Assembly (NCBI GenBank): GCA_017411405.1
Contig: JAFQQE010000014.1
Coordinates: 1,067 to 65,066, forward strand
Direction: 5' to 3'
DNA: 64,000 nucleotides
From: Bacilli bacterium
Lineage (GTDB): Bacteria; Bacillota_I; Bacilli_A; RF39; UBA660
The translations under genes and the position numbers were made by a program. Positions 1-10,287 of this stretch are shown here, in pieces; position 1 is the first letter of the stretch, and each line of letters opens with the position of its first letter. The notes beneath the pieces were generated by a model. That model did no database searches and had not been told where the DNA came from. It saw only the letters and a list, made by a program, of their open reading frames with translations.

Positions 1-171
1 AAATTAGCTAATATGTGTTGCCTAACACAAAGTACAGTAGATAGTTTAGTTAATGGTAAATCTAAAAATCCAAAACTTTTAACTATAGTAAGAATTTGTG
101 ATGGATTAAATATTACTTTAAAAGAATTTTTTGATGATGAAATATTTAAAAATATAGATAGAGAAGATTAG
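1..171 (+). CDS. XRE-family helix-turn-helix transcriptional regulator (3' part, truncated by window edge)
   Basis: Frame 1 is open from base 1 to TAG at 169-171: KLANMCCLTQSTVDSLVNGKSKNPKLLTIVRICDGLNITLKEFFDDEIFKNIDRED. This is a typical Cro/C1 HTH with a C-terminal TLKEFF motif. Not in the ORF track. Confidence 0.75.
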   Translation, partial: KLANMCCLTQSTVDSLVNGKSKNPKLLTIVRICDGLNITLKEFFDDEIFKNIDRED

Positions 172-226
172 TAATACTAGAAAAAAACAAACATATAACT
201 TATAATTAAATTAAGGAGTATGTAAT

Positions 227-2395
227 ATGTATGCAGAAATATTAATACAATATGGAGTTAAAGTACTAGATAAAACTTTTACATATAAAATACCTAATAA
301 TATGAATATATCTATAGGTAATAAAGTAAAAGTTCTTTTTGCAAACAAAATTATAAATGGAATAGTATTAAATATAAAAGATAATACTGAATTAGAAAAT
401 GTATTAGAAATATTAGAAGTAGTGAATCCTGATATAAAATTAAATAAAGAATTATTAGAATTAGGTAATTATTTATCTAATATAACATATACTACTTTAA
501 TTAAATCTTATCAAACAATGTTACCTACTAGTTTAAAAGTGAAAAATATAACTTCAAATTATGAAAAATATGATGAATATTTAGTATTAAATAAAAGTAA
601 AGATGAAATATTAAAATATATAGAAAATAATAAAAGAGCTATAGCTCAAATAAAAATACTAAATGATTTATTAGATAATAAAAAAATAAATAAAAAAGAA
701 GTAAGTAATTCTTACAAAATTCTAATAGAAAAAGACTTGATTAAAATAATAAAAGAAAGAAAATATAGATTAAATAAAACTGATAACGAAAAAAAAGAAT
801 ATACACTAACTAAAGAACAAGAAAATGTAGTTAATAATGTTTTCTTAAATAGTAAAGATATATATTTATTATATGGTGTTACTGGTAGTGGTAAAACGAT
901 TGTATATATTGATTTAATAAAGAAAACGATTAAGAACAATAAAACTGCATTAATGTTAGTACCAGAAATAAGTTTAACTACCCAAATGGTAAATAGATTA
1001 TATGATTCTTTTGGTAGTGATGTTGCAATACTACATAGTGGATTATCTGATGGAGAAAAATTCGATGAATATACAAAAATATATAAAAATGAAGTCAGTG
1101 TAGTAGTAGGCACAAGAAGTGCTATTTTTGCACCCCTTAATAATTTAGGATTAATTATAATAGATGAAGAACATAGTACAACATATAAACAAGAGAGTAG
1201 TCCAAGATATAATACTATAGATATTGCAACTTGGAGAGGAAACTATAACAACTGTCCAATTATTCTAGGTAGTGCAACACCAAGTTTAGAATCCTTTGCA
1301 CGAGCTAAAAAGGGAGTATATAAATTACTTACTTTAACTAACAGAGTAGGAAACTTTAGATTACCATTAGTTAATATAGTTGATATGAGTCAAGAAATGA
1401 AAAAAAGAAATATGATATTTTCTAATGAATTAAAAGAAAAAATTAAAGATACTTTAGAAAGACATGAACAAGTAATGTTGCTTCTAAATAGAAGAGGATT
1501 CTCAACTATAGCAAGTTGTCAAAATTGTGGTTATACATATAAATGCCCTCATTGTGAAATATCTCTTATATATCATAAATCATCCAATCATTTGAGATGT
1601 CATTATTGTGGTTATACAAAATTATATAATGAAATATGTCCAGAGTGTAAAGAAGGTGCAATAAGAAACTTTGGAACTGGTACAGAAAAAGTAAGTGAAG
1701 AAATAAAAAAACTATTCCCTACTGCAAGAGTTTTAAGAATGGATGCAGATACAACGACTAAAAAAGGTAGCCATGAGAAATATATAAATATGATTTCTAA
1801 TGGATTAGTAGATATTATAATAGGTACACAAATGATATCTAAAGGATTAGATTTTCCTAATATAAGTTTAGTTGGTGTAATAAACGCAGATGAATCGCTA
1901 AATATACCAGATTTTAGAAGTCAAGAAAAAACATTCTCTCTTCTAAATCAAGTTAGTGGTAGAGCAGGTAGAAGTGGCATAAAAAGCAATGTAATAATAC
2001 AAACATTTAACCCAGATAATAAAATATTTGAATTAGTAAAAAATAATGACTATATAGGATTATTTAATTCAGAAATGATTATACGAAAAAAACTAAATTA
2101 TCCACCATATTACTATATACTTGGCATAAAAATATGCAGTAAAGATTATGAACTTGCTAGTAAACATGCAACTAAAATTTATAATTATTTAGAAAAAAAT
2201 ATAGATGATACATCAATTATATTAGGTCCAAGTACTGCAAGTATGTTTAAATTAAATAATATATATAGATTTCAAATAATAATAAAATACAAATTTGATA
2301 ATAAGTTAGAAAACTCTATAAAATTTATAGATCAATTATATTCTAAAGAAAAAGATATATATTTAGAAATTGATAATAATCCAATAAGTTTATAA
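227..2395 (+). CDS. priA: Primosomal protein N' (replication restart helicase)
   Basis: Walker A GVTGSGKT, IIIDEEH motif II, GSATPS, four CxxC pairs (zinc ribbon), GTQMISKGLDFP, QVSGRAGR; AAGGAG RBS upstream. Confidence 0.96.
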   Translation: MYAEILIQYGVKVLDKTFTYKIPNNMNISIGNKVKVLFANKIINGIVLNIKDNTELENVLEILEVVNPDIKLNKELLELGNYLSNITYTTLIKSYQTMLPTSLKVKNITSNYEKYDEYLVLNKSKDEILKYIENNKRAIAQIKILNDLLDNKKINKKEVSNSYKILIEKDLIKIIKERKYRLNKTDNEKKEYTLTKEQENVVNNVFLNSKDIYLLYGVTGSGKTIVYIDLIKKTIKNNKTALMLVPEISLTTQMVNRLYDSFGSDVAILHSGLSDGEKFDEYTKIYKNEVSVVVGTRSAIFAPLNNLGLIIIDEEHSTTYKQESSPRYNTIDIATWRGNYNNCPIILGSATPSLESFARAKKGVYKLLTLTNRVGNFRLPLVNIVDMSQEMKKRNMIFSNELKEKIKDTLERHEQVMLLLNRRGFSTIASCQNCGYTYKCPHCEISLIYHKSSNHLRCHYCGYTKLYNEICPECKEGAIRNFGTGTEKVSEEIKKLFPTARVLRMDADTTTKKGSHEKYINMISNGLVDIIIGTQMISKGLDFPNISLVGVINADESLNIPDFRSQEKTFSLLNQVSGRAGRSGIKSNVIIQTFNPDNKIFELVKNNDYIGLFNSEMIIRKKLNYPPYYYILGIKICSKDYELASKHATKIYNYLEKNIDDTSIILGPSTASMFKLNNIYRFQIIIKYKFDNKLENSIKFIDQLYSKEKDIYLEIDNNPISL

Positions 2396-2489
2396 AAAAG
2401 TGGTTGAAATAATCACTTTTTTATGTTACTATTTTTATAGAGTAGAAGAGTACTCGAGAAAAATAAAGGAAAAGGAAAGAGGTAAAATA

Positions 2490-4547
2490 ATGAACAAAAG
2501 ACAAAAAATAATAGTAAGTATAGTTGGTATATTTATAGTACTTTTAGCATTAGTAGGATTAACTTATGGTTACTTTTTAACAAGAATAATAGGTAATACT
2601 AATGATACTAGTGTAAGTATTAAAACAGCATTATTAGAACTTACATATGATGATGAAGACAATATCATCGATTTACAAAACCTAATGCCAGGTGGAACTA
2701 TACCACCTAAAACATTTAGTGTTACTAATACTGGACAAGGTGAAGTAGAATACGGAGTATATTTAGAAAATATTGTAAATGAATTATCTTTACAAGAAGA
2801 TTTAACAATATCAATTACATGTGTATCAGAAACACTTGATACAGATGTTACTCCAACTCCAAAAGAGTGTAAAGGGTTAGATTCTACACAATATCCGGAA
2901 GAAACAACTCAATTATTAACAAATGCAATAGAACCAAGTGTGAAACATAATTATACATTAACAGTAAATTATAGAGATCACGGGAATCAAAGTGTAGATA
3001 TGGGCAAAACAATAGAAGGAAAAGTACAAATTTATGCAGTTAATGATGTAATGGATGTAGTAGTAGATGGAACGAATCTAGAAGATACAGACGTACTTGA
3101 ATTACATAGTGAAGTTAAAACAGCAAGAAAAATAAATGGTAAATACACTTTTAAAGGAGTTATGCCAGATGATCATACTTTAAAAGTAGTAAGAGATGGT
3201 GAAGTAATAGCAACAAAAGAAATAACTATAGCAAGAGGCGAAACAGAAACATCTAATACTAGTGGTAGTGAAATAACAGTAACAGAAGAAACGTTAAAAA
3301 TAGCAATAAATATTGCTGGAGTAAGTAATGGAACAATTAATATAGAAACTCCAACTTTCCAAAATGCAACATCAATGTTAGCTTATAAGATAAAAGATAG
3401 TGCTGAAAAAGGAACTAATGGAACTAAGTTTGTAGAAACAGCACCATCAACAATTGGAAGTACTCCATCAACAAATTGGGAAGGTGGCATAGAAACTTTA
3501 AAACCTTATGATGAGACTTCATGGAAAGAATTAATAAATTCATCAGATATATTTATATATTATATCTCAAAAGAAGCTTATGATAATGGTGATTTAAATG
3601 GTGTTGATTTATATAATGGCTGTTATTATGGAGAAGGGTGTCCTGAGAGTGTTAAACAATACAATCCATCTAGCAATACATGTGAAGATTTAGAAGATAG
3701 CTATTTTTATGTGAATAAATATGATTTATCATCTTCTAATTATTTCTACGATGGAAAAAGTTTAAATAAAGCTTATTACGTTTCAGGTTGTATAAATGGA
3801 GTTCCTTCAGATGGAACAAAAGAAAAAAAAGAAGTTGTATTATCTAAAACAACTGATGATGATGGAACCACATATTTCTATAGAGGTAATGTTAAAGATA
3901 ACTATGTATCATTTGCAAATAAATGTTGGAGAATAATGAGAATCAATGGTAATGGTTCAATAAAATTGATACTAGAAGACGATAGTCAAACTTGTTCACC
4001 AAGTATGGATAGTAATTCACTAACAATACAAGCTAGTTTAAGTGCAGTTTCTTCTGAATCCGAAATTCCTACATTATCCGCTGGTGGATTTAGTGATTAT
4101 CAAAAAAATGAATTGAATAATTACATTTCATATTTAGAACCTGGTAAATGGTGTGTAGAAAATATTAGTTCTTCCACAACACCTAGTAATTTAAACTGTA
4201 ATGGAAGGGTAATAACAAATTATGACGATGATAATAAAATGTATGTTGGTACATTAACTCTCAAAGAAGCATATTATGCTGGAGGTACAAATGAAAATTT
4301 GAAAGGAAGCTACTTTTCTCATTATGTAATAGATGGTAGTGAGTTTGGTATGAACTTGGGAATGTTGTCATATAATGGGTTTCAAATGGGAGCTGATGAA
4401 TATTATCCTAATGTGTATTTTTATAATTATAATATATGGACTGACTATAGCACTATATATAATCCTCGTCCAGTTATAAATCTAAAAAAAGATACTTTTG
4501 TAACTAGAGGAACTGGAACAATAACTGATCCGTATGTAGTTGGATAA
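2490..4547 (+). CDS. Large secreted protein with SipW/TasA-class signal peptide and a conserved C-terminal domain (YFYRGNVKDNYV..WRIMRING...RPVINLK..GTGT..DPY)
   Basis: ATG 2490 follows GAGG. The N-terminus MNKRQKIIVSIVGIFIVLLALVGLTYGYF resembles SipW-processed signal peptides, followed by a camelysin/TasA-like LMPGGT...F-V-N-G segment. The ORF-track start at 2400 lacks an RBS. Confidence 0.6.
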   Translation: MNKRQKIIVSIVGIFIVLLALVGLTYGYFLTRIIGNTNDTSVSIKTALLELTYDDEDNIIDLQNLMPGGTIPPKTFSVTNTGQGEVEYGVYLENIVNELSLQEDLTISITCVSETLDTDVTPTPKECKGLDSTQYPEETTQLLTNAIEPSVKHNYTLTVNYRDHGNQSVDMGKTIEGKVQIYAVNDVMDVVVDGTNLEDTDVLELHSEVKTARKINGKYTFKGVMPDDHTLKVVRDGEVIATKEITIARGETETSNTSGSEITVTEETLKIAINIAGVSNGTINIETPTFQNATSMLAYKIKDSAEKGTNGTKFVETAPSTIGSTPSTNWEGGIETLKPYDETSWKELINSSDIFIYYISKEAYDNGDLNGVDLYNGCYYGEGCPESVKQYNPSSNTCEDLEDSYFYVNKYDLSSSNYFYDGKSLNKAYYVSGCINGVPSDGTKEKKEVVLSKTTDDDGTTYFYRGNVKDNYVSFANKCWRIMRINGNGSIKLILEDDSQTCSPSMDSNSLTIQASLSAVSSESEIPTLSAGGFSDYQKNELNNYISYLEPGKWCVENISSSTTPSNLNCNGRVITNYDDDNKMYVGTLTLKEAYYAGGTNENLKGSYFSHYVIDGSEFGMNLGMLSYNGFQMGADEYYPNVYFYNYNIWTDYSTIYNPRPVINLKKDTFVTRGTGTITDPYVVG

Positions 4548-4550
4548 AAT

Positions 4551-4574
4551 AAGTGATTTTGTATCACTTTTTTT
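4551..4574 (+). terminator. Intrinsic terminator
   Basis: AAGTGAT-tttgt-ATCACTT followed by a T run, right after the stop at 4547. Confidence 0.75.
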
Positions 4575-4629
4575 ATTTACTAAAATCTCATCATTTAGTA
4601 TAATCTATATTAGATAAAGTAGGGATAAA

Positions 4630-5307
4630 ATGAAAAAAATAATTATATGTATAGTGTTATTTTTAAGTTTAAATATAAGGGTTAATGCTTCTAATAATGA
4701 AGTAATAAATCTAGATTATTTTAATGATGAATTAATCGCTAGTAGAAAAGAACTTGATAGTATAAAAGGTAATAATGAAACTTTAACATATAATGTTTTT
4801 AATAATGGAGAAATAATATATAGTTTTATATTTAATGGTAACTACTATAAAGATTCTTATAATAGTATAGATTTAAAAATTAATGAAGTAAATATAAGTA
4901 ATGATATATTAGAAAAATTTAATGACAAAAAACTTATTAAGTTTAAAACAAATTATGAAGGATATTATCCTGAAGGTACTATATTGAAAATAAGAAATAA
5001 TAATAATTTTAATATTAATAAAAAGTTATATTTAACTAATTTTAAAAATAATAATTTACAAAATACTAAAGAAGTTTATATAGAAAATGATTTTATAAAT
5101 ATAGATATTAATAATGGTAGTACATATATATTAAGTTATAATAAGATAGTTAGTTCTAACACTCTTATATTATTTTATATAATATTAAGTATACTTATTA
5201 TAGAAGTTCTTATAATAATGTTTATAACAATAAGAAATAATAAAAAGCAAATCGCTAAAAAACAAACAAGTTCTATAAAATACACTAAAAAAATAAATAT
5301 AAAATAA
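4630..5307 (+). CDS. Secreted protein with C-terminal membrane anchor, unknown function
   Basis: Signal peptide MKKIIICIVLFLSLNIRVNA, beta-rich body, hydrophobic helix TLILFYIILSILIIEVLIIMFITI and a basic tail. Confidence 0.7.
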   Translation: MKKIIICIVLFLSLNIRVNASNNEVINLDYFNDELIASRKELDSIKGNNETLTYNVFNNGEIIYSFIFNGNYYKDSYNSIDLKINEVNISNDILEKFNDKKLIKFKTNYEGYYPEGTILKIRNNNNFNINKKLYLTNFKNNNLQNTKEVYIENDFINIDINNGSTYILSYNKIVSSNTLILFYIILSILIIEVLIIMFITIRNNKKQIAKKQTSSIKYTKKINIK

Positions 5308-5439
5308 GTATGTAAGGAATTCTTACATACTGAAAGTGATAGTAATTTAAAAGGAAAAGATATATTAATAGATTTAGTTATGAATTTTTTAAATAGAACT
5401 ATTTAATAAAATATGATATATTAATATTAGGTGATATTA

Positions 5440-5859
5440 ATGAAGTGGTTTAAAGATAACAAACAATTACTATATAAATATTTATTAGTTTTAATATTTA
5501 ATATAATATTACATATATTATGTAATTACTATTTTAAAAATAGTGAATATGTTTCTATATATTTACTATTTGCCGTTTTAATAAGCAATTTAATCATATA
5601 TTATATAAAAGGTATAGTAAGATATAAATATTATTTAGATATTATTTTAAATGTTATATTAGGTTTTATTATAATATTATTTACTAAAGATTTCTATATA
5701 TATTCTACATCTTTATTTAGTATCGTATTAGCGAATAATATAATATTTATGCGTAGTAGATTAAGTGAAAAATTATTAAAAAAAACTTTACAATATTTAT
5801 TAATATTATTAATAAGCATATTATGTGTATCTATTAACTTTTTATATTTTTTAATATAA
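5440..5859 (+). CDS. Small multi-pass membrane protein, unknown function
   Basis: About 5 hydrophobic segments. ATG 5440 is preceded by AGGTGA; the ORF track starts at GTG 5431. Confidence 0.65.
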   Translation: MKWFKDNKQLLYKYLLVLIFNIILHILCNYYFKNSEYVSIYLLFAVLISNLIIYYIKGIVRYKYYLDIILNVILGFIIILFTKDFYIYSTSLFSIVLANNIIFMRSRLSEKLLKKTLQYLLILLISILCVSINFLYFLI

Positions 5860-5869
5860 AAATTGTACT

Positions 5870-6286
5870 TTATTTAGTACAATTTTTTTGATTAAAATAA
5901 GCTTTTATATTTATTAAAATAATAGGTATAAATATTGCTAAATTAGATAAATTATAATTTATACTTTTAGTAAAATCTAATGCTAAAATAAATAACATAC
6001 ACCAAATTAGTATTGATATAAAATGTAAATAATTCTTTTTATATATAATACTAGTTATAGTAAGTATACTAATTAATAATATAAATGATATGATTAACGC
6101 CCACCAAGTAGAAGTATACATATTTTGTATTAATAATGCTAGATCACTTATTATTAAACCTTGACTTTCAATATAATTTAATCTATCCATATAATTAAAA
6201 TATATTAAAAAATATAATGCAAGTATTGTTTCTAAAAAAGTAACAACTAATAATAATTTGCTATTTTCTCTAAATAATTTTTTCAT
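5870..6286 (-). CDS. Four-helix membrane protein, unknown function
   Basis: 138-aa ORF with four hydrophobic segments and a GGTGA RBS on the minus strand; divergent from the tad locus. Confidence 0.65.
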   Translation of the reverse strand: MKKLFRENSKLLLVVTFLETILALYFLIYFNYMDRLNYIESQGLIISDLALLIQNMYTSTWWALIISFILLISILTITSIIYKKNYLHFISILIWCMLFILALDFTKSINYNLSNLAIFIPIILINIKAYFNQKNCTK

Positions 6287-6414
6287 ATCATCACCAAATT
6301 AATAATATCATAATTATTAAATATATAAAATAATAAATTATTTAAAAATGAGTAATAATACTTTATTTTTTTTTGCCCATTTGATATAATTTATATATCA
6401 TAGGGGAGATAGTT

Positions 6415-6753
6415 ATGAATAAGAAGGGACAAGCTTTAGTTGAATTTATTATTATATTACCAATATTATTGTTTATTATGCTAGCAATATTAGATTATGG
6501 ATTACTATATTACAATAAAACTAAATTAGAAAATATTATTACTGAAGTAAGTAAAATGTATAATAATAATGAACCAGAAGAAGAAATAAATAACTTTATT
6601 AAAAGTAATGATAAAAATTTAAAATATACTGTAACTATAGAAGATAAGTATACAAATATAAAATTATATAAAGAACACTCCTTTATAACACCAGGCATAG
6701 AAAAAATATTTAATAATAATATTATTGTTGAAAGGAAGGTGTATAATGAATAA
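6415..6753 (+). CDS. tadE: TadE-like pseudopilin
   Basis: Prepilin motif MNKKG|QALVEFIIILP with Gly at -1 and Glu at +5, followed by a hydrophobic helix; first gene of the tad cluster. Confidence 0.8.
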   Translation: MNKKGQALVEFIIILPILLFIMLAILDYGLLYYNKTKLENIITEVSKMYNNNEPEEEINNFIKSNDKNLKYTVTIEDKYTNIKLYKEHSFITPGIEKIFNNNIIVERKVYNE

Positions 6754-7183
6754 TAATGGTAAGGGAACTATTATATTTATAATTTTAATTCCAATATTTT
6801 TTATTATATCTATTATAATATGTGATACAGTAGTTAGTTATAGTGCTAATAAAAAATTTAAAATAACAACTGAAAAAATAATCAAAGAAACAGTAAGTAG
6901 TGATCTTTATTATGAAGACTATGACGAATATATAAAAACATTATATGAAAGATATAACTATGAAACAGATATGTTATATATTAATGCTACTGAAGATTAT
7001 ATTTATTTAGAAAATGAACATAAGTATTTTGGTTTATTATCATCTTTAAATAATAAGGGTGAATCTACAACAATAAAAATATTAGGTATACCTTTTAAAG
7101 TAAAGAAAAGTAGTAGAATTTTTTTAAAACTTGAAGCAAATATAATAAGTGAAGATGAAATAGAATTTATATATACAAAGTAG
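6746..7183 (+). CDS. TadE/TadG-like pilin-family protein
   Basis: MNNNGKG|TIIFIILIPIFFII prepilin-like N-terminus (no Glu+5). Overlaps the tadE stop; AGGAAGG RBS. Confidence 0.6.
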   Translation: MNNNGKGTIIFIILIPIFFIISIIICDTVVSYSANKKFKITTEKIIKETVSSDLYYEDYDEYIKTLYERYNYETDMLYINATEDYIYLENEHKYFGLLSSLNNKGESTTIKILGIPFKVKKSSRIFLKLEANIISEDEIEFIYTK

Positions 7184-7191
7184 GTGATGAA

Positions 7192-7950
7192 ATGTCTGTA
7201 ATTAAAAATAATATAATGTGTATTTTTGGTGTTAAAGGTGGTATAGGTAAAAGTACTTTAACATTAAATCTTGCAGGTGTTTGTTCAAATTTAAAAAAGA
7301 AAGTATTAATAGTTGATATGGATTTATATGGAGGTAGTATAGCTTTATCTTTAAATAAAGAAGTACATAAAACTATTTATAATTTTGTAGATGATTATAT
7401 TAATAATAGATATAAAGATTTAAATGATTATATTACAACTTATAATGATTATATAGACTTTATAGCATGTCCTAAAGATCCTAGAAAAGCGAATAAAATA
7501 AATAGTGAATATATAGAAATATTACTTGATAAAGCTAAATTTAATTATGATTTGGTATTAATTGATACAACACATATATTAGATGAAATAAATCTTAATT
7601 TATTAGATAAATCACATAAAGTATTATTTGTATTATCTAATGATTCATATGATATTAAAAATATGAGAAGTTTAATAAGTATATTTAAAGATCTAGAAAT
7701 AGAAAAATATAAGGTGGTTTTAAATAATAGTTTAAGACCTAATAGAGAATATTTTAATTTATATGATATTAAAAATGTAATAAAAACTAATATAGATTAT
7801 GAATTAAGTAGTAAATTTTATATTAAAGATATAGATAAATATGTAATGGATGCTAATATTATAACATTAGATAATAAATATATTAATACAGAATACTATA
7901 AAGTTTTAGAAGGTATAGTAGATTATGCTATAGGTGAAGATTATGAGTAA
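7192..7950 (+). CDS. CpaE/TadZ-like MinD/ParA-family ATPase
   Basis: Deviant Walker A GVKGGIGKST, VLIVDMD and LVLIDT motifs; lies directly before cpaF; no N-terminal receiver domain. Confidence 0.8.
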   Translation: MSVIKNNIMCIFGVKGGIGKSTLTLNLAGVCSNLKKKVLIVDMDLYGGSIALSLNKEVHKTIYNFVDDYINNRYKDLNDYITTYNDYIDFIACPKDPRKANKINSEYIEILLDKAKFNYDLVLIDTTHILDEINLNLLDKSHKVLFVLSNDSYDIKNMRSLISIFKDLEIEKYKVVLNNSLRPNREYFNLYDIKNVIKTNIDYELSSKFYIKDIDKYVMDANIITLDNKYINTEYYKVLEGIVDYAIGEDYE

Positions 7951-9268
7951 GAGTTTAATAAGTGCATTTGAAATAGAAAAAACTAATGAAACAAATATAA
8001 TGATTAATGATTATGATATTTTTCCAGATAAAGATTTATTAGAAAAATTAAGAAATAAAATAATAGAAAATGTTATTGATAAAAAAATACCAAACGATAT
8101 AAATTTAAAAGATTATATTAATGATGAAATAGATAAAAGTATTGAAGGATATGATTTAACTAATTTAGAAAGAAGTCATATATTCAATATGATTGAAGAT
8201 GAAATAAATGGAAAAGGTCCATTAGGAGAATTATTAAATGATAAAGATATTACTGAAATAATGGTTAATGGACCAGAAGATATTTATATAGAAATAGACG
8301 GAAGAATTATTAAAGATGATAGTGTTTCATTTATAAATGATGAACATATTATAAGAACAGTACAAAGACTAATACAACCTTTAGGTAGAACAATTGATAA
8401 TACTAATCCTATGATCGATTCAAGACTTGCTGATGGATCAAGAATTAATGCAATAATACCACCATTAAGTGTTAAAGGACCAGTTGTTACAATACGTAAA
8501 TTCAAAGATGAAATGGTTTCTATAGATGAACTATTAAGAATAGGTACACTTACTCCATATATGGCAAGATTCTTAAGTGCTTGTGTAAAGGGTAAACTAA
8601 ATATTATAGTTTGTGGTGGAACAGGTAGTGGTAAGACAACACTTCTTAATATACTAAGTGGTTTCATAGAAGATTATGAACGTATTATTACAATAGAAGA
8701 TGCAGCAGAATTAAGATTACATCAAAGTCATGTAATATCATTGGAAACAAAGACGGTAAATTACGAAGTGGGTAATGAGGTTACAATAAGAGATTTAGTA
8801 CGTAATGCTTTACGTATGAGACCAGATAGAATTATAGTAGGAGAATGTCGTGGTAAAGAAGCCTTTGATATGTTACAAGCTATGAATACAGGACATGATG
8901 GATCACTTACCACATTGCACGCTAATGGAGTAATAGATGCATTAAATAGATTAGAAACAATGGTATTATTAAGCGGTTTAGAAATACCTATTAAAGCAAT
9001 AAGAGAATATATAGAAAATGCAATAGATTTAGTTGTTAATATAGAAAGAATGCCAGATGGTAAAAGAAAAATAACTAATATCAGCGAAATAGTTGGATTT
9101 AATAATGATGAAATCAAACTAGAAACAATATTTGAATTTAAACAACAAGGACTAACAGAAAATGGTGAAGTAAGAGGAGAATTCATCTTACATAAACGAA
9201 CACCTCTTGTTTATAATAAAATAATTAATAGAGGTATAAAAGATATAGAAGATATGTTTAAAAAATAG
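7943..9268 (+). CDS. cpaF: CpaF/TadA pilus assembly ATPase
   Basis: Walker A GGTGSGKTT, ITIEDAAEL Asp box, ALRMRPDRIIVGECRG Walker B, MNTGHDGSLTTLHAN His box. Confidence 0.93.
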   Translation: MSKSLISAFEIEKTNETNIMINDYDIFPDKDLLEKLRNKIIENVIDKKIPNDINLKDYINDEIDKSIEGYDLTNLERSHIFNMIEDEINGKGPLGELLNDKDITEIMVNGPEDIYIEIDGRIIKDDSVSFINDEHIIRTVQRLIQPLGRTIDNTNPMIDSRLADGSRINAIIPPLSVKGPVVTIRKFKDEMVSIDELLRIGTLTPYMARFLSACVKGKLNIIVCGGTGSGKTTLLNILSGFIEDYERIITIEDAAELRLHQSHVISLETKTVNYEVGNEVTIRDLVRNALRMRPDRIIVGECRGKEAFDMLQAMNTGHDGSLTTLHANGVIDALNRLETMVLLSGLEIPIKAIREYIENAIDLVVNIERMPDGKRKITNISEIVGFNNDEIKLETIFEFKQQGLTENGEVRGEFILHKRTPLVYNKIINRGIKDIEDMFKK

Positions 9269-9282
9269 AAAGGAAGATATAT

Positions 9283-10287
9283 ATGGAAGCTAGTATAGTA
9301 GTGTTGTTATCTATTCAAATAATTTTAATTCTTTTAGCAGCATTTATATTAACTATTATACTTGATAGTCATAAAATGCTACATTTAGAAAATAGAATAT
9401 CAAATTATTCACTTACTATTGCTAGTCCTAAAGATATATCTACTTTTGATAAATTTTATATTCTATTATGGAAATTTATAAAAAAGATAAGTAAGATTAA
9501 TTCACATAGTGAACTAATAAAAAAATATAGTTTAAAATATGATAAATATATTGATTATAATGAAAAAAATGATAAAACAGGTATAGATTTGGTTAGTATA
9601 AAATTCTTAATAAGTATTATTATGGGTTTAATTTATATAATAAGTACATTTATAAGATTAAATTTCAATTTACCAATACTATTATTTATAATGATACTTT
9701 CATTCTTTATTGTAGATATATATTATAAATTAGAATATAAAAGTAGATGTAAACAAATAGAAGAAGACTTATTAGGTGCAATAATACTTATGAATAATGC
9801 TTTTAAAAGTGGTATGAATATAATAGAAGCCTTAAGTATTGTAGAAAAAGAAACATCTGGACCTATACAAAAAGAATTCAAAAAAATAAATAAAGATATT
9901 AAATATGGTTTAAGTTTAGAAACTACATTTAATAGATTTTATGAAAGAGTAAAAATAGAAGATGCTAAGTATTTAACTAGTAGTTTATCATTAATAAATA
10001 AAACTGGAGGTAATATAGTTAAAGTATTTAATTCTATAGAGAAAAATTTCTATGATAAAAAAAGAATTAACGATGAAATGAAATCGTTAATAAGTAGTAG
10101 TATATTTATGTATAGAATGTTAGTAATTATGCCTATTATTTTATCTTTAATAATTACTGCAATAAATTTAGAATACTTTAAACCTTTAATATTTACTACA
10201 TTAGGTAGATTAATATTATTAGCAATAATAGTATTATATATAATATATATTATAGTTATTAAAAAAGTAATAAAGGTGGATATGTAA
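9283..10287 (+). CDS. tadB: TadB-like (T2SS GspF domain) inner membrane protein
   Basis: Follows cpaF; AFKSGMNIIEAL, GPIQKEF, KTGGNIV GspF-type motifs and TM helices. Confidence 0.82.
   Translation: MEASIVVLLSIQIILILLAAFILTIILDSHKMLHLENRISNYSLTIASPKDISTFDKFYILLWKFIKKISKINSHSELIKKYSLKYDKYIDYNEKNDKTGIDLVSIKFLISIIMGLIYIISTFIRLNFNLPILLFIMILSFFIVDIYYKLEYKSRCKQIEEDLLGAIILMNNAFKSGMNIIEALSIVEKETSGPIQKEFKKINKDIKYGLSLETTFNRFYERVKIEDAKYLTSSLSLINKTGGNIVKVFNSIEKNFYDKKRINDEMKSLISSSIFMYRMLVIMPIILSLIITAINLEYFKPLIFTTLGRLILLAIIVLYIIYIIVIKKVIKVDM

Noticed and set aside
4330-4547. Possible diversity-generating retroelement variable region in the C-terminus of the secreted protein (ends in an RPV motif)
   Set aside because: I noticed no template repeat differing at adenines and no reverse transcriptase in the window. 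A genome-wide repeat search is needed to exclude a remote DGR.
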